64,000 nt of DNA from NCBI GenBank assembly GCA_964016885.1, contig OZ024743.1:330894001-330958000 (forward strand), given 5' to 3'. The notes beneath the pieces were generated by a model, which made no database searches, was not told where the DNA came from, and was given only the letters and a program-made list of their open reading frames with translations. This DNA is from Eledone cirrhosa (lineage: Eukaryota). This document shows positions 37,750 through 50,900 of the stretch, in pieces; position 1 is the first letter of the stretch; each line of letters starts with the position of its first letter. The translations under genes were made by a program, and so were the position numbers.

Positions 37750-37997
37750 GACTGGTTAGAATGTCCCAGGAAAGAATCGCTGGGCAGATTTTAGGGGCAA
37801 AACCAACCGGTAGGAGACCCAGGGGTAGACCCCGAGCAGGATGGTTGGTCTCGCTTGGGGATCCAGCCATACCAGTTGGAGACGGTTGCTTCTGACAGAA
37901 GAGGCTAGAAGGAGTGTTTGAGGACTCTGTCCCTACAACCTTCTCAGAAATAAGTGGAAGAAGAAGAAGAAGACGAAGAAGAAGACGAAGAAGAAGA
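37750..37997 (+). mobile_element. RTE LINE 3' end with (GAA)n tail
   Basis: LVRMSQERIAGQILGAKPTGRRPRGRPRAGW; same family as 22528-23060. Confidence 0.85.
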
Positions 37998-38037
37998 GTG
38001 AACTGAAGGATATAATGCGCCATTATGATCGAGTGCT

Positions 38038-38221
38038 GGATTGGCAGTATTGGTAGAGGGTCGGACGCCATGCTTTGACGCATAGAGTTACAGCCCTTGC
38101 CATTCTGAGTTCAAATCCCGCCAAAGTTAACTTTGCCTTTCATTCTTACGGGGTCGATAACATAAAGTACCAGTAATGCACTGGGTAATTGTTGGCCTTG
38201 TGCCAAAAGTAGCAACAATTA
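38038..38221 (+). mobile_element. Family-A SINE, near full length
   Basis: A box TGGCAGTATTGG, B box GAGTTCAAATCCC, end GGCCTTGTGCCAAAAGTAG. Confidence 0.9.
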
Positions 38222-38341
38222 TATGTATAAATATTTCGTATCTCCAAAGTAATACGGTTTTAGGAAGCCGTAGCTATGCAAACACCGGGGGGGGGGGGGC
38301 TAACGACCTCTGGTGATGTCCAGCAGAAGCAAGGGGGACAG

Positions 38342-38384
38342 CCGTCTATGCATTTCAGGCTTAACTGGCCTTCGTCGGGACGGT
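38342..38384 (-). ncRNA. Hammerhead ribozyme copy with core mutation (CCGACGA instead of CUGACGA)
   Basis: Reverse complement ACCGTC-CCGACGA-AGGCCAGTTAAGCCT-GAAA-TGCA-TA-GACGG. Confidence 0.75.
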
Positions 38385-38666
38385 CCCTCCCACCGCTTGC
38401 GACTGCTGGACTTGAAGACAGGCGCGAATATATACTTTTCTCGTCTGTGTAAATGAGGTGATTAATCTCATTTGCATATGAAGCTGCATAAGTTGGCTCA
38501 ACTTATAATAAAAAAAGAAATAGGATTTCGCTTCAAGCATAGCTTTATACAATTTGTATAAATAGTTCGTATCTCCAAAGAAATACGGTTTTAGGAAGCC
38601 GTAGCTATGCAAACACCGGTGGGACTAACGCCCTCTGGTGATGTCCAGCAGAAGCAAGGGGGACAA

Positions 38667-38709
38667 TCGTCTATGCTTTTCAGGCTTAACTGGCCTTCGT
38701 CAGGACGGT
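38667..38709 (-). ncRNA. Hammerhead ribozyme copy with stem III mutation
   Basis: Reverse complement ACCGTC-CTGACGA-AGGCCAGTTAAGCCT-GAAA-AGCA-TA-GACGA. Confidence 0.75.
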
Positions 38710-38829
38710 AAGTTGAGCCAACTTATGCAGCTTCATATGCAAATGCGATTAATCACCTCATTTACACAGACGAGAAAAATATATATTCTGGCCTGTCTTC
38801 TAATCCAGCAGTCGCAAGCGGTGGGAGAG

Positions 38830-38873
38830 ACCGTCCTGACGAAGGCCAGTTAAGCCTGAAATGCATAGACGGT
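38830..38873 (+). ncRNA. Intact minimal type I hammerhead ribozyme
   Basis: Stem I ACCGTC/GACGGT; CTGACGA; stem II AGGC-cagttaa-GCCT; GAAA; palindromic ATGCAT stem III; cleavage after AUA (38867). Confidence 0.9.
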
Positions 38874-39019
38874 TGTTGGACATCACCAGAGGGCGTTAGC
38901 CCCCCCCCCCCCCTGGCGTTTGCATAGCTAAGCCTTCCTAAAACCGTATTTCTTTGGGATACGAAATATTTATACATATTGTATAAAGCTATGCTTGACG
39001 CGAAATCCTATTTCTTCTT

Positions 39020-39393
39020 TTATATTATATTATATTAATTATATAATATATTATATTATATATTATATTATATATTATATCATATCATATTATATTTTAT
39101 ATTATATTACAATATATTATATTATATATTATATTATATTATTTTATATTATATATTATATCATATATTATATCATATTGTATCTATTATATTATATTAT
39201 ATATTATATTATATTATATTATATTATATTATATTATATATTATATTATATTATATTATATTATATTATATATTATATTATATTATATCATATTATATAT
39301 TATATTATATTATATATTATATTATATTATATTATATTATATCATATTATATATCATATTATATATTATATTATATTATATTATATATTATAA
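39020..39393. repeat. (TATTA)n pentanucleotide microsatellite
   Basis: Direct reading. Confidence 0.95.
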
Positions 39394-39514
39394 TCTGAGT
39401 TCAAATCCCGTCGAGGTTAACTTTGCCTTTCATCCTTACGGGGTCGATAAAATAAAAAGTACCAGTAATGTACTGGATAATTGCTGGCCTTGTGCCAAAA
39501 AACAGAAACAATTA
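39394..39514 (+). mobile_element. 5'-truncated family-A SINE
   Basis: TCTGAGTTCAAATCCCGTCGAGGTTAACTTTGCCTTTCATCCTTACGGGGTCGATAAA. Confidence 0.88.
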
Positions 39515-39727
39515 TATTATATTATATTATATACATTATATTATAGAACCACCATCTATATTTATTATCTGAAATCTTTAATTAAAATCAATGTAAACGT
39601 AAATATATAAACGATGTATATATCATTGCCTTTACCACCTGCTCCATTCTCAAAACGTTTTAATTAAATCTAATAATAGATTGGTTTGTTTCAGCCATTG
39701 AATTACAGCATGCAGGCCATATATTGC

Positions 39728-40881
39728 ATTGATAACTTTCTGAAAAATATGTTGATTTTGTGTTTACAACTGTCCAGTGGATTTAATTAAGTTTAATTAA
39801 TTTACACACATATGTTAGCTGAAATCTATAGTTTTATTCTGTAATATGATATAGGCTCAAAATCGAACACTGTCCACACTTCAGTAATATATCAACTAAA
39901 CTAGAGTGCGTTATTTATGCAAATCAGTCTATCCAATTTAATGAAGTCCTTGCTAATGGTTTCTATACACAGCATTCGCCTGTACATTTAGAGAAAGATA
40001 CGGATGAGTAGTTAGTTTCTGATAAATTCTAAATAAAGATTGAAACTTGACCAATTTATCTCGCTTTTTCAGTACAAAGTAAGATTGTTGTTTGCAAATG
40101 TACAGTAGGTTTAGTTAATTTCAGTTCCCACTCGAGTATTAGTTGAAATCTATAGATTACTGTATACATCTTTAAAATGCAGGGGCGGTGGATTGGCGGT
40201 ATCGGTAGAGGGTCGGACACCATGCTTTGACGTTACGGCCCTTGCCATTCTGAGTTCAAATCCCGCCGAGGTTAACTTTGCCTTTCATCCTTACGGGGTC
40301 GATAAAATAAAATAAAGTACCAGTGATGCACTGGGTAATTGTTGGCCTTGTGCCAAAAGTAGAAACACTTATTTTTATTGCATTATGTCACATGTATTTT
40401 ATGACATTAGCTTAGATTTTTACGCAATGAAAATAATAGGAATGTGTTTTAATTAAATACAGAATAATGTATAGCTTTCAGCTACAAGTGGGGACTGAAC
40501 ATAACTAAACCCATTGGACATTTACAAACAACAATCTGTTTCAACAATCTCACTTGGGAGAGAAAACGTGAGATAAGCTGAACTAGTTTCAATCTTTATT
40601 GAGAGTTTATCTGTACCTTTCTCTAAATGTCCATGTGGATGATGTATATATAGAAGCCATTAGCAAGGGACTTTATTAAATTGGATAGACTGATTTGCAT
40701 AAATAACGCATTCTCGGTAACTAGTTCGATTGCTATATGACCCAGGTGTTAGCAATGTTCGTTTTCATCCTATATCAGAGAATAAACATGGAGATTTCAG
40801 CTAACATGTGTGGAGATTAATTACATCCACTGGACAGTTGTAGACACAAAATCAAACATATCTATCAGAAATTTATCAATT
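39728..40881. mobile_element. Old fold-back/MITE element with ~420-bp inverted arms (39728-40155 / 40468-40881)
   Basis: Several collinear reverse-complement blocks, e.g. TGCGTTATTTATGCAAATCAGTCTATCCAATTTAAT / ATTAAATTGGATAGACTGATTTGCATAAATAACGCA and ACAACTGTCCAGTGGAT / ATCCACTGGACAGTTGT. Confidence 0.8.
40183..40372 (+). mobile_element. Full-length family-A tRNA-derived SINE in the spacer of the fold-back element
   Basis: A box TGGCGGTATCGG, B box GAGTTCAAATCCC, central GCCTTTCATCCTTACGGGGTCGATAAA. Confidence 0.9.
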
Positions 40882-41682
40882 CAGTATCATGGAGAGACAG
40901 GCTAAGAAATAATGAGGTGATGAGGCATAAAAAGTCAAATAAACTGAACGAATTATTTGCCGAAAAGCACATCCAGTTTACTGGCCATATCTTGCATCTC
41001 CCTGGTAGTCGCCCTGTTAAGATTGCCAAGAACTTGATACCACCTGGGGGCAAGAGACCTAGAGGTAGTCTAAGAACCATTTGATGTGCAACTGTGAAAG
41101 AACACCTGAGAAAAAGAATGACCAAAACTTGCTCAAGACCGATCAAAGTGGAGACGGATTGTGGCCCTTTACTGAACATCAGCTTCAGGAACAAGGCAGC
41201 AAGAGATGTCAACATGAATGGACCTGTTATTTTTAGGTAAAAACATATTTTCCAATTCCAACCCGCCCGTTCCCTCATGTCTATCTTATTTCTCATTCTT
41301 TCTTCTGATGTAGGTCTAGCGTCCGAAAGGTTAAGACCCTCTCCCTGCTATATCAAGCGTTAACCTAATATATCCCTTCCATATACTGTACCGAGTGTGT
41401 TGTTATTTCTGTTTACCTTTTACATACACACACATATATATCTACATATAAATATATATATATATATGTGGGGGGGGGGGGGGCATAAAATTGATACCAC
41501 CTGGGGCAAGAGATCTAGAGGTAGACCAAGAACCATTTGGTGTGCAACTGTGAAAGAAGACGTGAGAAAAAGAATGACCAACAAGTACCAGGCTCAAAAC
41601 CTGGCTCAAGACCTATCAACGTTGGAGAGGGACTGTGGCCAGTTGGTGTACATCGGCTTCGGGAATAAGGTAGCAAGGTAAT
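40882..41682 (+). mobile_element. Two RTE LINE 3' fragments (~40882-41203, ~41485-41682)
   Basis: DRLRNNEVMR...QFTGHILHLPGSRPVKIAKNLIPPGGKRPRG; second copy ...GKRSRGRPRTIWCATVKED. Confidence 0.75.
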
Positions 41683-41726
41683 CCAAGGTATTTCCGATGG
41701 TTAACAGTAAAGAGGACTGTTTGAAA

Positions 41727-41728
<2 letters not shown>

Positions 41729-41788
<60 letters not shown>

Positions 41789-41792
41789 CTCT

Positions 41793-41848
<56 letters not shown>
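41729..41848. repeat. (CT)n microsatellite
   Basis: Direct reading. Confidence 0.95.
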
Positions 41849-41849
<1 letters not shown>

Positions 41850-41910
41850 ACTGGGGAATTGGTTCGTGTACTAGTTCCGGGCACATTATTCCAAATTTTG
41901 ACAACACTAA

Positions 41911-44900
41911 ACAGCAACAACAAAAACTACAACATTTACCACAATAACAACAACAACAACTACAACATTTACCACAATAGCAACAACAACAACAACTACA
42001 ACATTTACCACAATAGCAACAACAACAACTACAACATTTACCACAATAGCTGCAACAACAACAACTACAACATTTACTACAACAGCAACAACAACAACTA
42101 CAACATTTACCACAATATCAACAACAACAACTACAACATTTAACACAATAGCAACAACAACAACTACAACATTTACCACAATAGCGACATCAACAACAAC
42201 AACCTTTACCACAATAGCAACAACAACAACTACAACATTTACCACAATAGCAACAACAACAACTACAACATTTACTACAACAGCAACAACAACAACTACA
42301 ACATTTACCACAATAGCAACAACAACAACTACAACATTTACCACAATAGCTGCAACAACAACAACTACAACATTTACCACAACAGCAACATCAACAACAA
42401 CAACCTTTACCACAATAGCAACAACAACAACTACAACATTTACCACAATAGCAACAACAACAACTACAACATTTACTACAACAGCAACAACAACAACTAC
42501 ATTTACCACAATAGCAACAACAACAAGTACAATATTTACCACAACAGCAACAACAACAACTACAACATTTACCACAATAGCAACAACAACAACTACAACA
42601 TTTACTACAACAGCAACAACAACAACTACAACATTTACCACGATAGCTGCAACAACAACAACTACAACATTTACCACAATAGCAACAACAACAACAACTA
42701 CAACATTTACAATAATAGCAACAACAACAACTACAACATTTACCACAATAGCAACAACAACAACTACAACATTTACCACAATAGCAACAACAACAACTAC
42801 AACATTTACAACAATAGCAACAACAACAACTACAACATTTACTACAATAGCAACAACAACTACAAAATTTACAACAATAGCAACAACAACAACTACAACA
42901 TTTACCACAGTAGCAACAACAACAACAACAACATTTACTACAATAGCAACAACAACAACAACAACTACAACATTTACTAAAATAGCAGCAACAACAACTA
43001 CAACATTTACTACGATAGCAACAACAACAACAACTACAACATTTACTAAAATAGCAGCAACAACAACTACAACATTTACTACGATAGCAAAACAACAACA
43101 ACTACAACATTTATTACGACAGCAACAACAACAACAAGTACAACATTTACCACAACAGCAGCAACAACAACAACTACAACATTTACCACAACAGCAACAA
43201 CAACAACAACTACACCATTTACCACAATAGCAACAACAACAACTACAACATTTACCACAATAGCAACAACAACAACTACAACATTTACTACAATAGCAAC
43301 AACAACTACAACATTTTCCACAATAGCTGCAACAACTACAATATTTACCACAATAGCAACAACAACAACTACAACATTTACCACAATAGCAACAACAACA
43401 ACTACAGCATTTACCACAACAGCAGCAACAACAACAACTACAACGTTTACCACAATAGCAACAACAACAACTACAACATTTACAACAATAGCAACAACAA
43501 CAACTACAACATTTACCACAATAGCAACAACAACAACTACAACATTTACCACAATAGCAACAACAACAACTACAACATTTACCACAATAGCAACAACAAC
43601 AACTACAACATTTACTACAATAGCAACAACAACTACAACATTTTCCACAATAGCTGCAACAACTACAATATTTACCACAATAGCAACAACAACAACTACA
43701 ACATTTACCACAATAGCAACAACAACAACTACAACATTCACTACAATAGCAACAACAACAACTACAACATTTACTACAAAAGCAACAACAACTACAACAT
43801 TTTCCACAATAGCTGCAACAACTACAATATTTACCACAATACCAACAACAACAACTACAACATTTACCACAATAGCAACAACAACAACAACTACAACATT
43901 TACAACAATAGCAACAAAAACAACAACTACAACATTTACCACAATAGCAACAACAACAACAACTACAACATTTACTACAATAGCAACAACAACAACAACA
44001 ACTACAACATTTACCACAATAGCAACAACAACAACAACTACAACGTTTACCACAATAGCAACAACAACAACTACAACATTTACCACAACAGCAACAACAA
44101 CAACTACAACATTTACCACAATAGCAACAACAAGAACTACAACATTTACCACAATAGCAACAACAAGAACTACAACATTTACCACAATAGAAACAACAAC
44201 TACAACATTTACTACAATAGCAACAACAACAACAACTACAACATTTACCACAAAAGCAACAACAACAACAACTACAACGTTTACCACAACAGCAACAACA
44301 ACAACTACAACATTTACCACAATAGCAACAACATCAACAACAACATTTACCACAACAGCAACAACAGCAGCAACAACAACAACTACAACATTTACCACAA
44401 TAGCAACAACATCAACAACAACAACATTTACTACAACAGCAACATCAACAACAACAACGTTTATCACAATAGCAACAACAACAACTACAAATTTTACTAC
44501 AATAGCAACAACAACAACTACAACATTTACTACGACAGCAACAACAACAACTACAACGTTTACCACAATAGCAACAACATCAACAACAACAACATTTACT
44601 ACAACAGCAACATCAACAACAACAACGTTTACCACAATAGCAACAACAACAACTACAACATTTACTACAACAGCAACAACAACAACAACTACAACGTTTA
44701 CAACAATAGCAACAACAACAACTACAACATTTACTACAATAGCAACAACAACAACTACAACATTTACTACAATAGCAACAACAACAACTACAACATTTAC
44801 TACAACAGCAACAACAACAACTACAACGTTTACCACAATAGCAACAACAACAACTACAACATTTACCACAATAGCAACAACAACAACTACAACATTTACT

Positions 44901-47900
44901 ACAACAGCAACAACAACAACTACAACATTTACAACAATAGCAACAACAACAACTACAACATTTACCACAATAGCAACAACAACAACTACAACATTTACTA
45001 CGATAGCAACAACTACAACATTTACCACAATAGCAACAACAACAACTACAACATTTACCACAATAGCAACAACAACAACTACACCATTTACCACAATAGC
45101 AACAACAACAACTACAACATTTACCACAATAGCAACAACAACAACTACAACATTTACCACAATAGCAACAACAACAACTACAACATTTACTACAATAGCA
45201 ACAACAACAACTACAACATTTACCACAATAGCAACAGCAACAACTACAACATTTACCACAATAGCTGCAACAACAACAACTACAACATTTACCACAATAG
45301 CTGCAACAACAACATCTACAACATTTACCACAACAGCAACAACAACAACAACTACAACATTTACCACAACAGCAACAACAACAACTACAACATTTACCAC
45401 AACAGCAACAACAACAACTACAACATTTACCACAACAGCAACAAGAACAACTACATCATTTACCACAATAGCTGCAACAACAACATGTACAACATTTACC
45501 ACAACAGCAACAACAACAACAACTACAACATTTACCACAATAGCAACAACGACAACTACAACATTTACCACAATAGCTGCAACAACAACTACATTTACCA
45601 CAATAGCAACAACAACAACTACAACATTTACCACAATAGCAACAACAACAACTACAACATTTACCACAATAGCAACAACAACAATTACAACATTTACTAC
45701 AATAGCAACAACAACAACTACAACATTTACCAGAATAGCAACAACAACAACTACAACATTTACCACAATAGCAACAACAACAACTAGAACATTTACCACA
45801 ATAGCAACAACAACAACTACAACATTTACCACAATAGCAACAACAACAATTACAACATTTACTACAATAGCAACAACAACAACAACTACAACATTTACCA
45901 CAATAGCAACAACAACAACTACAACATTTACCACAATAGCAACAACAACAACTACAACATTTACCACAATAGCAACAACAACAACTACAACATTTACCAC
46001 AATAGCAACAACAACAACTACAACATTTACTACAATAGCAACAACAACAACTACAACATTTACTACAATAGCAACAACAACAACTACAACATTTACTACA
46101 ATAGCAACAACAACAACTACAACATTTACCACTATAGCAACAACAACAACTACAACATTTACTACAATAGCAACAACAACAACAACTACAACATTTACCA
46201 CAATAGCAACAACAACAATTACAACATTTACTACAATAGCAACAACAACAACTACAACATTTACCACAATAGCAACAACAACAACTACAACATTTACCAC
46301 AATAGCTGCAACAACAACAACTACATTTACCACAATAGCAACAACAACAACTACAACATTTACTACAATAGCAACAACAACAACTACAACATTTACCACA
46401 ATAGCAACAACAACAACTACAACATTTACTACAATAGCAACAACAACAACAACTACAACATTTACCACAACAGCAACAACAACAACAATAACAACATTTA
46501 CCACAATAGCAACAACAACAACAACTACAACATTTACCACAACAGCAACAACAACAACAACTACAACATTTACCACAATAGCAACAACAACAACTACAAT
46601 ATTTACCACAATAGCAACAACAGCAACTACAACATTTACTACAATAGCAGCAACAATAACTACAACATTTACCACAACAGCAACAACAACAACAACAACT
46701 ACAACACTTACCACAATAGCAACGACAACAACTACAACATTTACCACAACAGCAACAACAACAACAACTACAACATTTACTACAATAGCAGCAACAACAA
46801 CAACTACAACATTTACCACAATAGCAACAACAACATCTACAACATTTACCACAATAGCAACAACAACAACAACTACAACATTTACTACAATAGCAACAAA
46901 AACAACTACAACATTTACCACAATAGCAACAACAAGAACTACAACATTTACCACAATAACAACAACAAGAACTACAACATTTACCACAATAGAAACAACA
47001 ACTACAACATTTACTACAAAAGCAACAACAACAACAACTACAACATTTACCACAAAAGCAACAACAACAACAACTACAACGTTTACCACAACAGCAACAA
47101 CAACAACTACAACATTTACCACAATAGCAACAACATCAACAACAACATTTACCACAACAGCAACAACAGCAGCAACAACAAAAACTACAACATTTACCAC
47201 AATAGCAACAACATCAACAACAACATTTACTACAACAGCAACATCAACAAAAACAACGTTTACCACAATAGCAACAACAACAACTACAAAATTTATTACA
47301 ATAGCAACAACAACAACTACAACATTTACTACAACAGCAACAACAACAACTACAACGTTGACCACAATAGCAACAACATCAACAACAACAACATTTACTA
47401 CAACAGCAAATTCATAAACAACAACGTTTACCACAATAGCAACAACAACAACTACAACATTTACTACAACAGCAACAACAACAACTACAACGTTTACAAC
47501 AATAGCAACAACAACAACTACAACATTTACTACAATAGCAACAACAACAACTACAACATTTACTACAATAGCAACAACAACAACTACAACATTTACTACA
47601 ACAGCAACAACAACAACTACAACGTTTACCACAATAGCAACAACAACAACTACAACATTTACCACAATAGCAACAACAACAACTACAACATTTACTACAA
47701 CAGCAACAACAACAACTACAACATTTACAACAATAGCAACAACAACATCTACAACATTTACCACAATAGCAACAACAACAACTACAACATTTACTACGAT
47801 AGCAACAACTACAACATTTACCACAATAGCAACAACAACAACTACAACATTTACCACAATAACAACAACAACTACACCATTTACCACAATAGCAACAACA

Positions 47901-50900
47901 ACAACTACAACATTTACCACAATAGCAACAACAAAAACTAAAACATTTACCACAATAGTAACAACAAGAACTACAACATTTACTACAATAGCAACAACAA
48001 CATTTACCACAATAGCAACAGCAACAACTACAACATTTACCCCAATAGCTGCAACAACAACAACTACAACATTTACCACAATAGCAACAGCAACAACTAC
48101 AACATTTACCACAACAGCAACAACAACAACTACAACAATTACCACAATAGCTGCAACAACAACAACTACAACATTTACCACAATAGCAACAACAACATTT
48201 ACCACAACAGCAACAACAACAACTACAACATTTACCACAACAGCAACAACAACAACAACTACAACATTTACCACAACAGCAACAACAACAACTACAGCAT
48301 TTACCACAATAGCTGCAACAACAACAACTACATTTACCACAATAGCAACAACAACAACTACAACATTTACTACAATAGCAACAACAACAACTAAAACATT
48401 TACCACAATAGCAACAACAACAACTACAACATTTACCACAATAGCAACAACAACAATTACAACATTTACTACAATAGCAACAACAACAACTACAACATTT
48501 ACCGAATAGCAACAACAACAACTACAACATTTACTACAACAGCAACAACAACAACTACAACATTTACAACAATAGCAACAACAACAACTACAACATTTAC
48601 CACAATAGCTGCAACAACAACATCTACAACATTTACCACAACAGCAACAACAACAACTACAACATTTACCACAATAGCAACAACGACAACTACAGCATTT
48701 ACCACAATAGCTGCAACAACAACAACTACATTTACCACAATAGCAACAACAACAACTACAACATTTACTACAATAGCAACAACAACAACTAAAACATTTA
48801 CCACAATAGCAACAACAACAACTACAACATTTACCACAATAGCAACAACAACAATTACAACATTTACTACAATAGCAACAACAACAACTACAACATTTAC
48901 CAGAATAGCAACAACAACAACTACAACATTTACTACAACAGCAACAACAACAACTACAACATTTACAACAATAGCAACAACAACATCTACAACATTTACC
49001 ACAATAGCAACAACAACAACTACAACATTTACTACGATAGCAACAACTACAACATTTACCACAATAGCAACAACAACAACTACAACATTTACCACAATAA
49101 CAACAACAACAACTACACCATTTACCACAATAGCAACAACAACTAGAACATTTACCACAATAGCAACAACAAAAACTAAAACATTTACCACAATAGTAAC
49201 AACAACTACAACATTTACTACAATAGCAACAACAACAACTACAACATTTACCACAATAGCAACAGCAACAACTACAACATTTACCCCAATAGCTGCAACA
49301 ACAACAACTACAACATTTACCACAATAGCAACAGCAACAACTACAACATTTACCACAACAGCAACAACAACAACTACAACAATTACCACAATAGCTGCAA
49401 CAACAACAACTACAACATTTACCACAATAGCAACAACATCAACAACAACAACATTTACCACAACAGCAACAACAACAACTACAACATTTACCACAACAGC
49501 AACAACAACAACTACAACATATACCACAACAGCAACAACAACAACTACAACATTTACCACAATAGCTGCAACAACAACATCTACAACATTTACCACAACA
49601 GCAACAACAACAACTACAACATTTACCACAATAGCAACAACGACAACTACAACATTTACCACAATAGCTGCAACAACAACTACTACATTTACCACAATAG
49701 CAACAACAACAACTACAACATTTACTACAATAGTAACAACAACAACTAAAACATTTACCACAATAGCAACAACAACAACTACAACATTTACCACAATAGC
49801 AAAAACAACAATTACAACATTTACTACAATAGCAACAACAACAACTACAACATTTACCAGAATAGCAACAACAACAACTACAACATTTACCACAATAGCA
49901 ACAACAACAACTACAACATTTACCACAATAGCAACAACAACAACTACAACATTTACCACAATAGCAACAACAACAATTACAACGTTTACTACAATAGCAA
50001 CAACAACAACTACAACATTTACCAGAATAGCAACAACAACAACTACAACATTTACCACAATAGCAACAACAACAACTACAACATTTAGCACAATAGCAAC
50101 AACAACAACTACAACATTTACCACAATAGCAACAACAACAACTACAACATTTACCACAATAGCAACAAAAATAACTACAACATTTACTACAACAGCAACA
50201 ACAACAACTACAACATTTACTACAATAGCAACAACAACAACTACAACATTTACTACAATAGCAACAACAACAACTACAACATTTACCACAATAGCAACAA
50301 CAACAACTACAACATTTACTACAATAGCAACAACAACAACAACTACAACATTTACCACAATAGCAACAAAAACAATTACAACATTTACTACAATAGCAAC
50401 AACAACAACTACAACATTTACCACAATAGCAACATCAACAACTACAACATTTACCACAATAGCTGCAACAACAACAACTACATTTACCACAATAGCAACA
50501 ACAACAACTACAACATTTACTACAATAGCAACAACAACAACTACAACATTTACCACAATAGCAACAACAACAACTACAACATTTACTACAATAGCAACAA
50601 CAACAACAACTACAACATTTACAACAATAGCAACAACAACAATTACAACATTTACTACAATAGCAACAACAACAACTACAACATTTACCACAACAGCAAC
50701 AACAACAACTACAACATTTAGCACAACAGCAACAACAACAACAACTACAACATTTACCACAACAGCAACAACAACAACAATAACAACATTTACCACAATA
50801 GCAACAACAACAACAACTACAACATTTACCACAACAGCAACAACAACAACAACTACAACACTTACCACAATAGCAACGACAACAACTACAACATTTACCA

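Larger units (their letters stand above)
38224..39020. mobile_element. ORF-less ~330-bp hammerhead-containing element: 1.5 tandem copies (-) fused to one inverted copy (+); retrozyme or non-autonomous PLE
   Basis: Direct repeat starting at 38224 and 38555 (period 331); 38709-39020 is the reverse complement of the monomer; three hammerhead motifs. Confidence 0.85.

Noticed and set aside
40183-40265. tRNA gene (A and B boxes)
   Set aside because: No cloverleaf; it is the head of a multi-copy SINE.
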